DNA from: an uncultured Spirochaetota bacterium
Lineage (GTDB): Bacteria > Spirochaetota > Spirochaetia > SZUA-6 > CAVTHK01
Direction: 5' to 3'
Assembly (NCBI GenBank): GCA_963734495.1
Contig: CAVTHK010000001.1
Location: 802,442-866,441 of the forward strand
Length of the DNA: 64,000 nt
This document shows positions 9,696-21,839 of this stretch, piece by piece. The position numbers and the translations under genes were made by a program. Position 1 is the stretch's first letter. Every line of letters begins with the position of its first letter. The notes under the pieces are model-generated. The model was not told where the DNA came from, made no database searches, and was given only the letters and a program-made list of their open reading frames with translations.

Positions 9696-11390
9696 TTATC
9701 TGTATCTGAAGGTGACGAACGCCGTGATCTCCGCGTCGTCGAGAGGCGATGCGTCTTCGCCGAGGGGGTGGCTGATGTGCACCCAGGCGACGCTCCCGCC
9801 TGTCGTGAGGAACGGGAGCGGGCTGATCTCCCCCGAGCCGGTGAGGATGAAGCGGCGGTCCGGGTGGTCGCCCGTGGGCGTGCGCGCGCCGCTGGGGTCG
9901 GCGTACGCGCCGCTGGTGAGGAGAGCCGCGGCCTCCGAGTCGCCGGGGTAGAGGTCTTCGATGCCGATGCTGCCCTTGGCGCGGAGCTCCGCGCTGAGGG
10001 AGGCGGCCCACCGGCCCGGGACGCGGTAGCCGATCGTCAGGGTCTTGCTGTCGGCGTCCGGGCCGTATTTCCAGCCCAGCGGGCGGTCCAGGTAGTAGCG
10101 GTGCGAGGCCGTGATGTGCCGGCGCACGGTGTAGGAAAGGAGCGGGCTCGCGAAACGCTCGGTGTAGAGCCAGGGGTTGGAGTGGATCCACTCCAACGTG
10201 GCCTCGAACCAGCCCTCGCCCGCCGGCTTCAGGCCTTGAAGGCCGAAGAGGTAGCCGTAGGAGTCAGGCTGGTCGGCGGCGTCCGGGTAGGCGGCGAGCT
10301 CGCTCGGGGTCTGCCACTGGTCGAGCACGTACTGCGCGTAGACCGCAAGGCCCGCGATCGGCGTCCACTCCGCCTCGACGGCCATGTTGATGTTGGTGAT
10401 CTGGTTCTCGAACCAGTTGTGGAACACCATCATCGGGTTGAGGTAGGTGACGTCGGGGTACTTGCGGCCGAAGATCGTCGCCTCGGTGAGGCTCAATCCC
10501 AGCGTGCCGAACAGGCGCGCCTCGACGCGGTGGGCGAAGAAGGCCTTGTAGGGCTCGGGCCCTCCCGTGGAGGCGTCCGGGTCGTTGGCGAGCTCGCTGG
10601 TCGTGAGCCAGGGCTCGAGGCCCGCGTACACCGTCGTCCACTTGAAGGCCTTCCACCAGGTCGTCGCGCGCACGAAGTCGAGGTAGCCCGCCGAGTCGGA
10701 CAGCATCAGGTTTCCGCCGGTGCCGTTGCCCCACGACAGCGTGTCGCGGCCGAGCTGCACGCTCCAGTGCGGCCCGCCTCCGGCAACGAAGGCCCGGAAG
10801 GGGAAATGGGCATACAGGGCGTAGGGGTCCGTGATCACGTTGGTGTGCTTGTCGGGCTCCAGGATGGAGATGCGCGGCTCCTCGCGCAGGTCGATCTCCA
10901 TGAGAGCGTAGAGCCCGTCGAAGAGCCACACCTCGAGCGGAACTCTGAGGAGCGGGAGGCGCTCCTCGTAGCCGTGCTCCCACGCGTTGTCGTCGGGAAG
11001 CACGATCACCTGGGTCTTGTCGTCGATGCCGGGGTCGGGTTGCTCGCCGATGTGCCAGTAGGTCTCGAGGCTCGCTTCGACCGAGACGCCGAAGGCGAAG
11101 CCGCCTTCCTCGCCGTACACGCGTCGCCGCGAGGCGAGATCGCGGACACGCTCGAGGGCGAGACGGCCGGCGGGCGAGAGCGCGCGCGAGTCGATGCGCG
11201 AGAGCTGGTGCTCGAGCTCCGCGACCGACCAGGGCTCGGCCTGGGAGGGCAGGCCGCGGCCCTGCTCGATGTAGAGCGCGCGGACGAGACCATAGATCTC
11301 GGAATCCACGGGGATGACGGTCTGGCCGTTCTGGCCGGCAGCGGAAAGCGCCGCGAGGCAGAGCGCGATGGCGAGCAGCGATCTTTTCAT
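9696..11390 (-). CDS. Outer-membrane beta-barrel, capsule assembly Wzi-like
   Basis: ATG 11390 signal peptide MKRSLLAIALCL; QLGRDTLSWG..GNLMLSD, AHRVE, PLGWKYGPD; terminal FVTFRYR. Confidence 0.7.
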   Translation of the reverse strand: MKRSLLAIALCLAALSAAGQNGQTVIPVDSEIYGLVRALYIEQGRGLPSQAEPWSVAELEHQLSRIDSRALSPAGRLALERVRDLASRRRVYGEEGGFAFGVSVEASLETYWHIGEQPDPGIDDKTQVIVLPDDNAWEHGYEERLPLLRVPLEVWLFDGLYALMEIDLREEPRISILEPDKHTNVITDPYALYAHFPFRAFVAGGGPHWSVQLGRDTLSWGNGTGGNLMLSDSAGYLDFVRATTWWKAFKWTTVYAGLEPWLTTSELANDPDASTGGPEPYKAFFAHRVEARLFGTLGLSLTEATIFGRKYPDVTYLNPMMVFHNWFENQITNINMAVEAEWTPIAGLAVYAQYVLDQWQTPSELAAYPDAADQPDSYGYLFGLQGLKPAGEGWFEATLEWIHSNPWLYTERFASPLLSYTVRRHITASHRYYLDRPLGWKYGPDADSKTLTIGYRVPGRWAASLSAELRAKGSIGIEDLYPGDSEAAALLTSGAYADPSGARTPTGDHPDRRFILTGSGEISPLPFLTTGGSVAWVHISHPLGEDASPLDDAEITAFVTFRYR

Positions 11391-11474
11391 ACCGCTTCCC
11401 GCGAGTCTACACTCCGCGGCGGACGGCGACAACACTCGGCGGCGACGGCCCGCCGACTCACTTCTCCAGGACGA

Positions 11475-11573
11475 CTCGACCCCAGGCTGGCCCAGGACGC
11501 GCTGGACACAGTCAGGATCTGCTCGGCGATCGCGCGTTCGGCCGAGAAGGGCCGCGTGCAGGACGTCACCTAA
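11475..11573 (+). pseudogene. 3' remnant of a Gfo/Idh/MocA oxidoreductase
   Basis: Reads LAQDALDTVRICSAIARSAEKGRVQDVT*; resembles the C-terminus of the intact member at 21840-22898 (DGLLNTILIRAALRSADEEGRPVEVTA); no start. Confidence 0.5.
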
Positions 11574-11691
11574 AGGAGCGCGTTCCCCCCGCAGGAGCAC
11601 GGGCAGCGGGTCCCGCCCGGCCATTGTCATGGTCAACGGGCGAGACCGGCCTGCCCGGCCCGCGCTATAATTGCGGCAGACTGGGGGGAGC

Positions 11692-12801
11692 TTGATCCGT
11701 ATCCTGCACAGCGCCGATCTCCATCTCGCGCTCGGCGATCGCTCCTACGGGCTCGCGGTTCTGGATGAGCTCTGCGGCATCGCGGCGCGGGAGCGGGTCG
11801 ACCTCTGGCTGCTCGCAGGCGACACCTTCGACAGCTATGCGGATCTCGAAGGCCTGCGCGCCGCTTTTCGCGAGCGCATGCTCAGGGTCGCCGAGCGCGC
11901 GACCGTGCTCATGATCCCCGGCAATCACGAGGTGCTCGGCGCGGGCGCCCCTTCGCTCGGGCGGCTCGACACGGGCGTGCCCTTTCGGCTCGCGAGGCCC
12001 TTCGAGCTGATGGAGCTCCCGGGCCTCGAGATCCTCGTGGTGCCGTGGGGCGCGGACCTCTCCGACTACCTCTCGTGGACCGTGCCGGAAAAGAAGACGC
12101 CCCTGCGCCTGGCCCTGGCCCACGGAACGGTCGCGGGGTTCGGCCTGTCGGGGCCGGACGACGACGCCGACGGGTCCGCCATAGACCCCGGGCTCTTCGG
12201 CCAGCTCCGCATCGACTACGCTGCCCTCGGTCACATCCACGCCGGACGGCTCCTGCGCGCGGGAGGCGCGGGTGCCGGCGGCGGAACGGCGGGCGCCGCG
12301 GTGCTCGCCTACCCCGGCTCGGCGAGAGTATGGCGCCGCGGCGAGGAGGGGCCGCGGCGCGCGCTGCTGCTCGAGGCGGACCCGGCTGCCCCGGGCATCA
12401 GGCACCGCTGGATCGAGCTGGAGTCGGCGGGCCGCTTCCGCGTGCACGAGCAGCCGCTCGGGCTCGACGGCGCCTGCCCGGACCTCGGCGGCTCGGCCGC
12501 GGGCTGGGGGCCGAACGACTGGGTGGAGGTCCGCCTCTCGGGACTGGTCGAGGACGAAGGGATGGTCGCCGGGCTGGAGCGCAGCCTGCGCGCCGCGTAC
12601 GCGCCGCGCGTCCGCAAGCTCGACGTCGCGCGCGACGAGATCCTCGTGCTCGGCGGGATCGCATCGCAGCCGATCGCGCGGAAGTTCCTGCAGCTCTGGG
12701 CCGCGCGCAGGCCCGCGGACGAGGCCTCCGCGCAGGCGTGGCTCGCGGCGCGCGACATCGGGCTGCGGAGGATCAAGGCGCTGCTGGAGGCGAGACGATG
12801 A
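11692..12801 (+). CDS. SbcD/Mre11-like metallophosphoesterase (DNA repair exonuclease)
   Basis: HSADLH, AGDTFD, PGNHE, AHG, ALGHIH, YPGS motifs; TATAAT at 11666. Confidence 0.88.
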   Translation: MIRILHSADLHLALGDRSYGLAVLDELCGIAARERVDLWLLAGDTFDSYADLEGLRAAFRERMLRVAERATVLMIPGNHEVLGAGAPSLGRLDTGVPFRLARPFELMELPGLEILVVPWGADLSDYLSWTVPEKKTPLRLALAHGTVAGFGLSGPDDDADGSAIDPGLFGQLRIDYAALGHIHAGRLLRAGGAGAGGGTAGAAVLAYPGSARVWRRGEEGPRRALLLEADPAAPGIRHRWIELESAGRFRVHEQPLGLDGACPDLGGSAAGWGPNDWVEVRLSGLVEDEGMVAGLERSLRAAYAPRVRKLDVARDEILVLGGIASQPIARKFLQLWAARRPADEASAQAWLAARDIGLRRIKALLEARR

Positions 12802-15045
12802 TCCGCGCGCTGCGCCTCTCGCGCTTCGGCCGTTTCGAGGCGCGCTCCTTCGACATGGGGCCGGTCACGGCGTTCCTCGGGCCGAACGAGTCCGGCAAGT
12901 CCACGATCGCCGACGCGCTCTTCGCCGCGATCTGCAACCCGGCGGGGACCCTCAAACGGGCCAAGGAGCTGCGGAAGCGCTACGGCGACTACGAGCCTCC
13001 CGAGGTCGAGTGGGAAGGCGAGCCGCAGCCCATCGAGGCCGACGAGTACCTGAACCTGTTCGAGATCCATTCAGGAGCCTTCGACCTCAAGCTCGACGAC
13101 AAGAGCGAGTGGCTGCGCCGCGTCAAGAGCGAGCTGTTCAGCGGCGGCCTCGACCCCAACCGCCTCGTCAAGGAGCTCGGCGACGAGGCGGCGGAGGGCG
13201 GGCGGACGAAAGCCGCGCGCCAGGTCAAGGAGAAGACCACGGAGCGGGAGCGGCTCGGCCGCGACCTCGACGACCTGAAGCGGCAGCGCGACGAGGTGCT
13301 CGGGCGGCAGCAGCGCGTCGAGGAGGCCGCGGCGCGCCTGCGGCAGCTCGAGCAGCAGGCGGCGGCGACCGCGACGCGCCTGGCCGAGGTGGACGCGCAC
13401 CTCCGCCAGCAGCGGCTCATCCGCGAGCGCGCGCGTCCCGCGCGCGTGCTCGCCGAGATGCAGAGGGTTTCCTCGGCGCTCGAAGAGATCGAGGCCGCAG
13501 GCGCGGCAGCGGACGAGGCGCCGCTCGCGGCGCTGCACGCGCGCGTGGAGGAGGCGCGCAGCCGGCTCGCGGCGGCCGAGGCGGGCGAGCGGCAGGCGCG
13601 CGGGGAGCGCGAGCGCGCGGAGGCCGCCAGGACGGCCGAAGACCGCGCGCTCGCTGCGGCGAGGGATGCGGCCGCCCTCGCGGCGGAGCTGCGCCGGTCG
13701 CACGAGCGGCGTCCCGCCGGCGGCCCTCGCCGCGGCCGCGGCTCTTGCGGCGCTCGGGCTCGCCCTCGCCGCCGGGCTCGCCCATCAACTTCCGGCGTGG
13801 GCACGCGCCGGGCTCGGGATCGCGGCCGCCGGCTGCTTCGCGCTGGCGTGGTTGCTCCGCGGCGGCGGGGCGCGGGCCCGCATCGCGCGGGTGCAGGAGG
13901 AGTGGCGCCGCCGCGGAGGGCCCGGAGAGCTCGCGGCGTCGCGCTGGGAGGGGCTGCTCGCCGAGCTGCACGTGCACGAGGGCTCCCCCGCGCGCCTCGG
14001 CGAGCGGCAGGCGGCCGCTGCGGCGGAGCTGGCCGCCCGCGAGGAGGCGCTGGCCGCTGCGGCCGCGGAGGCCGCGCGCGGCCGGGAGCGAGCTGGCGGC
14101 TGCGGGCGCGGAGGAGGAGCGCTGGCTGCGCGAGCACGGCGCCGTTTCGGTCGAGGACTACCACGCCCGCCGCGCCCGCAGGCTCGCGGCGGAGCGCCTC
14201 GCCGGCGGAGGCGCGCGGCCTCGTCGCCGAGGCGCGCGCGGAGTACGGCGGCCGCGGACGACGACGCGCTGCGCGCCGAGGTCGACCGCAGGCTCCGCGA
14301 GCTGGACGCGGAGATCGTCGAGACACCGCTCCCGGAGCCGGAGGCGCGCCGCCTCGAAGGCGAGCGCGCGAGGCTCCAGGAGCGGCAGGAGGGGCTCGCG
14401 CGCGATCGCGAGAAGGTCAAAGGAGACCGTGGATCAGGAGCGGGGCGGCATCAGGAGCTCGCTCGGCGAGCTGCCGCAGCGCATCGTCGCCAGGGAGAAG
14501 GAGCTCGCGGCCTGCTCCGCCGAGCTCGCGCGCATGGAGCTGGGCCGCAGGGCCGCGGCCATCGCCCGCGATCTCTTTGCCGAGATCGCCCGCGACTCCG
14601 ACGTGCTGATGGAGCAGCTCGCGCGGCGAGATCGGCGCGATCTACGGCGACCTGGTCGGAGGACGCAGGGGCGTGAGCCTCGCGGCGTTCGGCATCGACG
14701 GCGCGAGCGTCGTGGACGCGGGCGGCGCTGCGCGCGACTTGGGCGCGCTTTCGAGCGGCACGCGCGACCTCTTTCTGCTCGCCGCGCGCCTGACCCTTGC
14801 GTCGCGAAGCCGGCCGCGGGACGCGCTCGTGGTGCTCGACGAGCCCTTCCAGACGATCGACAGCGGCCGCGCGGAGCGCGCGCTGGCGCTGCTCGCGCGC
14901 TTCCGCGAGGCAGCGCGGCTGGCAGATCGTGCTGTTCAGCAAGGACGAGGCCCTCGGCCCCCGCATCGCCGCGCTGTTCCCGGACGCGCTGGTGCACCGG
15001 CTCTCGGCAGGCGGGGCCGACGCGGCGGACGCGCACGCGGTTTGA
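12798..15045 (+). CDS. SbcC/Rad50-like (YhaN-type) ATPase, several frameshifts
   Basis: GPNESGKST Walker A, long coiled coil, LSSGTRD signature, VVLDEPF Walker B, spread across ORFs in different frames. Confidence 0.8.
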
Positions 15046-15078
15046 CCGTCCGTCTGCGGCAAGTGCTACGGTCCGCCG

Positions 15079-16033
15079 GTGACGCGAGGCCAACGTGTCT
15101 CCGACGGCGTCTTCGTTCTTCTGCTCGTGCTCTCCATGATCGGGTGGGGCGGCACCTGGACTTCGGCCAAGCTCATAGCGGGGTCGGCCTCGCTCGAGCT
15201 GGTGGTGTTCTGGCGCTTCGTGCTCACCGCCGCGTCCCTCGTTCCGCGTGCTCGTTGCCGCCCGCGAGCCCTTCGCGCTGCCGTGGAAGAGCGTGCCGGG
15301 TCTCGTCGCCGCGGCCGCGCTCATGACCGCCTACAACCATTTCTTTTTCGGCGGAGTGCGCGACGGCCTGGCCGGCACCGGCGGCGTGCTCGTGTCGAGC
15401 CTCAACCCGGTCTTCACGTTCATCGCGATGCGGGCCATCGAGCGGCGCCGGCCCTCGGCCGCGGAGATGGCCGGCGTGGCGCTCGGGATCGCGGGCGGGG
15501 CGATCCTGCTGCAGGTCTGGCGATTCGACGGCCGCGAGCTCGCGGCCGGCGGCAGCCTGTTCTTCCTGCTCGCGGCCGCGAGCTGGTCCGCCCTGACGTT
15601 GCTGAGCCAGCGCGTCCAGCAGTACGTGGGTTTCCTGGCTTACAGCTTCTACGTGAACGCCTTTTCCGCGGTGATGAACCTGCCCTGGGCGATCAGGGAC
15701 GGGCTCGTCGTCAGGGTCGAGCATCCGGGGGCGTTCTGGCTGAACCTCGCGTACCTGGCGTTCGTCGGCACCTCGTTCGCCACGACCGTGTTCTTCCGGG
15801 CGTCGAGGAGGCTGGGGCCGCAGAAGGCAAGCTCCTTCGTCTTCCTGGTCCCCGTCCTCGCCCCGCTGCTGAGCTGGCTGGTGATCGGCGAGACGCCCGA
15901 GCGGGCCACGCTCCTGGGCGGCCCTCTCGCCGTGCTGGCGGTCTTCCTGATCAACCGCGGCGCGGCCCGGGGGGGCGGTGCCGCGGACGGAGCAAAAAAT
16001 GCTGACACGCAGGCGCAAGCCGCGTTAGAATAG
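15079..16033 (+). CDS. DMT/EamA family transporter (frameshift near 15245)
   Basis: WGGTWTSAK, FWRF, SSLNPVFT, multiple TM helices across two ORFs. Confidence 0.85.
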
Positions 16034-16039
16034 CGCGCC

Positions 16040-17854
16040 ATGCGCGGCCGCATTCTCCTCGGGTTCCTGGCAGCGGTCTGCCTCGCCGTCCCTGCGCAAG
16101 CCCGCGACGCCGATCCCTTGCGCCTCGCCGAAGGGTGGGAGTACCGCTGGGGCGATTCGCCCGTCGATGCCGGCGGCTCGCCGGCCTGGGCGCGTGAAGC
16201 CCCCGCCGGAGACCCGCAGTGGAGGCCGATCGCGCGGCCGAGCGACCCTCCCGGACGCGCGGGGCGGAACGTCGTGTGGTATCGCATCCGGCTGCCCCGC
16301 ACGGAGGTCGGCGGACGCCAGGCTCTTTATCTACAGCATTGATCTCGCCGCGGAGCTCTTTCTCGACGGCAAGCCGCTCTACCGATGGGGCGAGCCGGGC
16401 CGCGCGGGGCGGATCCCGTTCCGCGGCTGGCCCTGGCACCTCGTCGCGCTCCCCCCGGGGTACGGCGGCGGGCTGCTCACGGCCCGTGTCGCCTCGGACT
16501 ACCGCGACATCGGGCTCTGGGGCGACGTCTTCGTCGGCACCGGGGTCGGTCAGGTCGCCCGCATGGTCGCGCGCGACCTGCCCCGGCTGGCGGTTGCGGC
16601 CCTGTCGACGGCGATCGTCCTGATCTTCGTCGTCCTTTACTTGTTCCGAAGGGGGACGGCGACCCTGCTGCTGGCCCTCGTGACCGCCGTCCTCGTGGCG
16701 CGGGTGGCCACGCAGACCCAGGTCAAGCAGCTCGTCCTCGACGCCCCGCTCTTCTGGGAGTACGCGAGGGCGACCACATCCTGCTGGCGCGATCCTGATC
16801 ACGCTGCTCCTCCACGACATGCTCGACGCGAAGCACAGGGTCGTCTCGCGAGCCATCGCGGTCGCGCTCGCGGCCGTGCTCGCCGCCACGCTGCTCGCAT
16901 CGGCCACGGGGGCGACCCGCCTGTGCGACGCCAACTGCGGTTCTCGACGTCACGCTGGTCGCCGCCGTGCGGCGCTCGGCGGCTCTCAGCCTGCGCGCCG
17001 CGCTCGTCGGGGGAACCGAGGCGAAGCTGCTCGCCGCGAACTTCGTGCTGTTCGGCCTGCTCGCCCTCTACCGCACCCTCGTCTCCAACACGCTGCTTCC
17101 CTGGAGCGACGAGATCGACTACCTGCTGCTGTTCCAGTTCTCCGCCGGGCTCGCGCTGATCCTGTCGCGGCGGCTTCTGCTCTTTCACAACAGGGTCGAG
17201 GAGTACGCGGTCAAGCTCGCCTCGCAGGCCGAGGAGATGACGGCGCTCAACGACCGGCTCGAGCAGAAGGTGGCGGAAAGGACCCGGCAGCTCGAGCGGG
17301 CGAACCGGCGGCTGCGCGAGGAGAAGATCTCGCTCAAGATCACCTCGATCACCGACGGGCTCACGGGGCTGTACAACCGGACGTACGTGCTGGATCGCTT
17401 CGAGAAGGAGCTCGGCAAGGCGCGGCGCTACGGCAAGAGGCTGTCGATCATCATGTTCGACCTCGACCTGTTCAAGCAGGTCAACGATTCGTTCGGCCAC
17501 CAGGCGGGCGACGTCGTGATGCAGCGCATCGGCCGGCTCTTTCGCGAGATGGTGCGCGAGAGCGACCTGGCGGGCAGGTACGGCGGCGAGGAGTTCCTGA
17601 TCGTGCTCCCCGAGACCGAGGCCCAGGAAGCCGGCCAGGTGGCGGAGCGCATCCGTGCCGAGGTCGAGGCGGTCTCGTGGTCCCAGTCCGGCATGCGCGT
17701 CACCCTGAGCGGCGGGGTCGCGCAGTTCGCGGGTGACACCGCCGACCAGCTTCTGCAGCGGGCGGACTACCTCCTGTACAAGGCCAAGGAGATGGGCCGC
17801 AATCTCGTCATGACGGAGACCGCGGCCGCCGAGCTGCATCGGAACACCGGGTGA
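16040..17854 (+). CDS. Diguanylate cyclase with periplasmic sugar-binding-like domain and multi-TM region (frameshifts)
   Basis: C-terminal DGLTGLYNR, DLDLFKQVND, RESD I-site, RYGGEEF; N-terminal GWEYRWGDSP, VWYRIRLP; pieces in 3-4 frames. Confidence 0.85.
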
Positions 17855-19072
17855 GCGCCTCGCGGATGCCGGCACCTCATCGCGAGCGCATGCTCGCGGC
17901 CGCCCGCGGCCGCGGCAGGCCCCCCGTGCCTTGGGCGCCGCGCATGGACCTGTGGGCGATCGCGCTGGGGGCGCGGGGCTCGCTGCCCGCCGGGTTCGAA
18001 GGCCTGGACACGGCGGGGATCGCGGACCGGCTGGGCGTCGCCTGCCACGCCGTCACCTGCGATCGCACGATCGGAACGCCCCGCGAAGACCAGAAGCTGC
18101 GCGGCCTCGGGCTCACCAATCACCCGGACTACCCCTTCCGCTTCGAGCTGCGCGGGGTCGACGTTGCCTTCGAGCACGACGGCGCGGTGCAGAGCGCGGT
18201 GTTCCGCACCCCGCGGGGGGTCGTCCGCACCCGACTGCGCACCACTGAGGAGATGAGGCGCAACGGCATCTCCCTTCCCTTTGTCGACTCCTACGCCATC
18301 CAGTCCGCCGACGATCTCGATGCGGTCGGCTGGCTCTTCGAGCACGTCGAGGTCGTGCCCGCCCCCGCGCAGTACGCGCGCTTCCACGCCCGCATCGGCG
18401 GGCGCGGGCTGGCGGTGGCGGCCGGGCCCGTCGCCGCCGCCCCGATGCACCTCGTGCTGCACGAGCTGGTCGCCATGGACCGCTTCTTCTACCTGTACGC
18501 GGACGAGCGCGAGCGCCTGGCCGCCCTCGCGCGGCGGATCGAGCCGGTCTTCGAAGGCATGCTCGCGGCCGAGCTCGCGAGCGAGGCCGAGGTGATCTTC
18601 TGGGGCGGCAACTACGACCAGGACCTGACCTGGCCGCCGTTCTTCGAGGAGGAGATCGCACCGTGGCTGCGCCCGCGCCTCCGGCCGCGCCCACGCGGCG
18701 GGCAAGCTCCTGCTCACGCACTGCGACGGCGAGAACCGCGCGCTGCTCGCCCTGTACCCGGCCTGCGGGTTCGACGTCGCCGAGAGCGTCTGTCCCGGCG
18801 CCCATGACGCAGCTTCCCTCCGCGCGCTGCGCGAAGGCTTCGGGCCCCGCGTCACGGTCTGGGGCGGCGTCCCGTCGGTGGCCCTGCTCCCGGCGTCGAT
18901 GAGCGACGCGGCCTTCGACCGCTGGCTCGCGGAGCTGGTCGCCGAGATCGAGCGCGACCCCGCGCGGCTCATCGTCGGCGTCTCGGACAACGTGCCGCCG
19001 GACGCGAGCCTCGAGCGCTTCGCGCGCATCGGCGAGGCGGTCGCCTCGGCTGCGAAGGAGGCACACGTTTGA
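17851..19072 (+). CDS. Uroporphyrinogen decarboxylase / MtbA-CmuA methyltransferase-like protein (frameshifts)
   Basis: HRERMLAA, WGGNYD, THCDG, WGGVP, GVSDNVPPDAS. Confidence 0.75.
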
Positions 19073-20152
19073 GCCCGCTCACCGGCGTCGAGCGCATCGG
19101 CAACATCCTGGCCCGCAGGCCGGTCGACCGCATCGGCGTCTACGAGCACTTCTGGTCCGACACCAAGAGGCGCTGGGTCGCCGACGGCCGCGTCCGCGAG
19201 GACGAGGACCTGGTCTACCACTTCGACTACGACCTCGCCGATGCGTCCCCCTTCAACGTGGTGGTCGACCTCGACTTCGAGCCGGTCACCGTGGCCGAGA
19301 CCGAGGAGACCGTTGCGGTGCGCGACGGAAACGGCGCGCTGCTGCGCAGGCACAAGCACCACGACACGACGCCGGAGCACCTCGACTTCGCGGTCAAGCA
19401 GCGCTCCGACTGGGAGCGGGTCAGGCCGCTCGTGAGGGCGGAGCGGAGGCGCATCGACTTCGAGGGATACCGCAGGGCGCGCGAGCGCGCCCGCGCCGCC
19501 GGCCGCTTCTTCGTCGTGGCCGCGATGCACGTCTTCGAGATCATGAAGAACATCGCGGGCCACGAGCACATGCTCATCGGCATGGCCGACGACCCGGACT
19601 GGGTCCGCGACATGGTGATGACATTTTCCCGCCTCTACGTGGAGCTCCAGGAGACGCTCTTCGCGGAGGAAGGGCCGCCCGACGGGCTGTGGTACTGGGA
19701 GGACATGGGCTTCAAGCAGAGGCCCTTCATGTCGCCCGCCATGTACCGCGAGATCGTGCGAGGAGGGCCACCGGCTCACCTTCGACTTTGCCCACGCCCG
19801 CGGGCTGCCCGTGATCGTGCACTCCTGCGGCTTCGTCGAGCCGCTCGTGCCGGGGCTGCTCGCGGCGGGCATGGACTGCCTGCAGGTCATCGAGGTCAAG
19901 GCCGGCATGGACCTGCTGCGCCTCTACCGCGCCTACGGCGACCGGCTCTCGTTCATGGGCGGCATCGACGTGCGCGAGATCATCTCCAACGACCGGCGCC
20001 GCATCGACCGGGAGCTCGAGGCGAAGATCCCGGTCGTCAAGCAGGGGAACGGGTTCGTGCTGCACAGCGACCACAGCATCCCGAACACGGTGGGGTACGA
20101 CACCTACCGCTACTTCGTCGAGCGCGGTCTCGCGCTCGGCAGCTGCTCCTGA
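19069..20152 (+). CDS. Uroporphyrinogen decarboxylase / MtbA-CmuA methyltransferase-like protein (frameshift near 19765)
   Basis: WEDMGFKQRPFMSP, HSCG, FMGGID, HSDHSIP. Confidence 0.82.
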
Positions 20153-20167
20153 GGCGGGAGGGAGCCC

Positions 20168-21792
20168 ATGGCGGAGCGGCCGCCCAACATCCTGCTGGTG
20201 ATGACCGACGACCAGAGGTTCGACACGATCCATGCCCTCGGCTGCGCCGCGATCAGCACGCCGACGCTGGACCGGCTGGTCGAGCGCGGCACGGCGTTTG
20301 TCCGGGCGCACATCGCGGGCGGGACCGTGCCCGCGGTCTGCATGCCGAGCCGCGCGATGCTGCACACCGGACGCACGCTGTTCCACCTGCAGGACGCGGG
20401 CGCCGCGATTCCGGAGAGCGACACGCTGCTCGGCGAGCACCTGGCCCGCCAGGGCTACCAGACCTGGGGCACGGGCAAGTGGCACAACGGCACGGCATCC
20501 TTCAACAGGAGCTTTCAGGGGGGCGCCGAGATCTTCTTCGGCGGGATGAACGACCACTGGAACGTGCCGGTGTGCGGCTACGACCCCACGGGCGCGTACG
20601 CGAGCCGGCTGCCCATCGTGCCGGACTTCATGGCCTCGAACGCGGCGCTGCTACCGCCAGGCCGACCACGTCACGGCCGGAAAGCACTCGAGCGAGCTGT
20701 TTGCCGACGCTGCGCTCGCGTTTATCAAGAGCTACGACCGCGCGAAGCCCTTCTTCCTCTCTCTCGCCTTCATGGCGCCCCACGATCCGCGCACGATGCC
20801 GGCGAAGTACCGCGATCTCTACGACCCCGCGCGCATCGAGCTGCCGCCCAACACCCTGCAGGGCCACCCCTTCGACAACGGCGAGCTCGCCGTCCGAGAC
20901 GAGATGCTGGCGCCGTTCCCGCGCACCGAGCAGGAGGTCCGCCGCGCCATCGCCGAGTACTACGCGATGATCAGCCACATGGACGCGGAGCTCGGCCGCG
21001 TGATGGCAGAGCTCGAGTGGCAGGGGCTCGCCGGCGACACGGTCGTCGTGTTCGCCGCCGACCACGGGCTCGCGCTCGGGCAGCACGGGCTCATGGGCAA
21101 GCAGAACCTCTACGAGCACAGCGTGCGCGTTCCGCTTCTGATGTGCGGCCCCGGGGTACCGAAGGGCGAGCGACGCGACGCCCCCTGCTACCTGCACGAC
21201 GTCTACCCGACCGTGTGCGAGCTCGCGGGCCTTCCGGTGCCCGCCTCGGTCGAAGGCCGCAGCCTCGTCCCCATCCTCCGCGACCCGAAGGCCGTGGTGC
21301 GCGAGAGCCTCTACTTCGCCTACTCGAGCGTCCAGCGGGCCCTGAAGTTCAAGCGCGTAAAGCTGATCGAGTACGTGGTCGGCGGCGAGAGGATGACGCA
21401 GCTCTTCGACCTGGCGCGCGACCCCTGGGAGAAGCAGAACCTCGCGGGCCGGCCCGGGCAGCAGGAGGCGGTGCGGAGGATGCGCGCCGAGCTCGAGCGG
21501 CAGCGGGACGCCTGGGACGACCGCGCGACCCCGTGGGGCGCGGCGTTCTGGCACGGCTACGAGCACCCCGGCGCCGCGAGCGCGAGGCTCACGGTCAGGA
21601 CGCGGCTGCGCGATCTCGTGGACGACCCGGCAGGCCGCGAGGTGCTCGAGCGGCACCTCGGAGCGGCGTTCGGCACGGTGGCGGTGCAGGGCTACGCCGG
21701 ACTTTCCGCTGGCCTTCATGGCCGACCGGATGCCGCACGTGTTCACGGACTCGATAATGAAGGCGATCGAGGCGGACCTGGCGCGGCTGTAG
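20168..21792 (+). CDS. Cys-type sulfatase (choline-sulfatase-like), frameshifts, extra C-terminal helical domain
   Basis: PNILLVMTDDQR, CMPSRAMLHTG, GKWH, APHDP, ADHG, GKQNLYE; stop TAG 21790-21792 in the shifted frame. Confidence 0.85.
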
Positions 21793-21839
21793 CGCGGACG
21801 CGCGCGGGCCTGGTGAGCGGGCGATCAGGGGAGGATCGA

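Noticed and set aside
11692-15045. SbcCD-like pair as a novel defence nuclease-ATPase
   Set aside because: Ordinary SbcD plus YhaN/Rad50-like architecture in a core-like context; the apparent multi-gene split comes from frameshifts.
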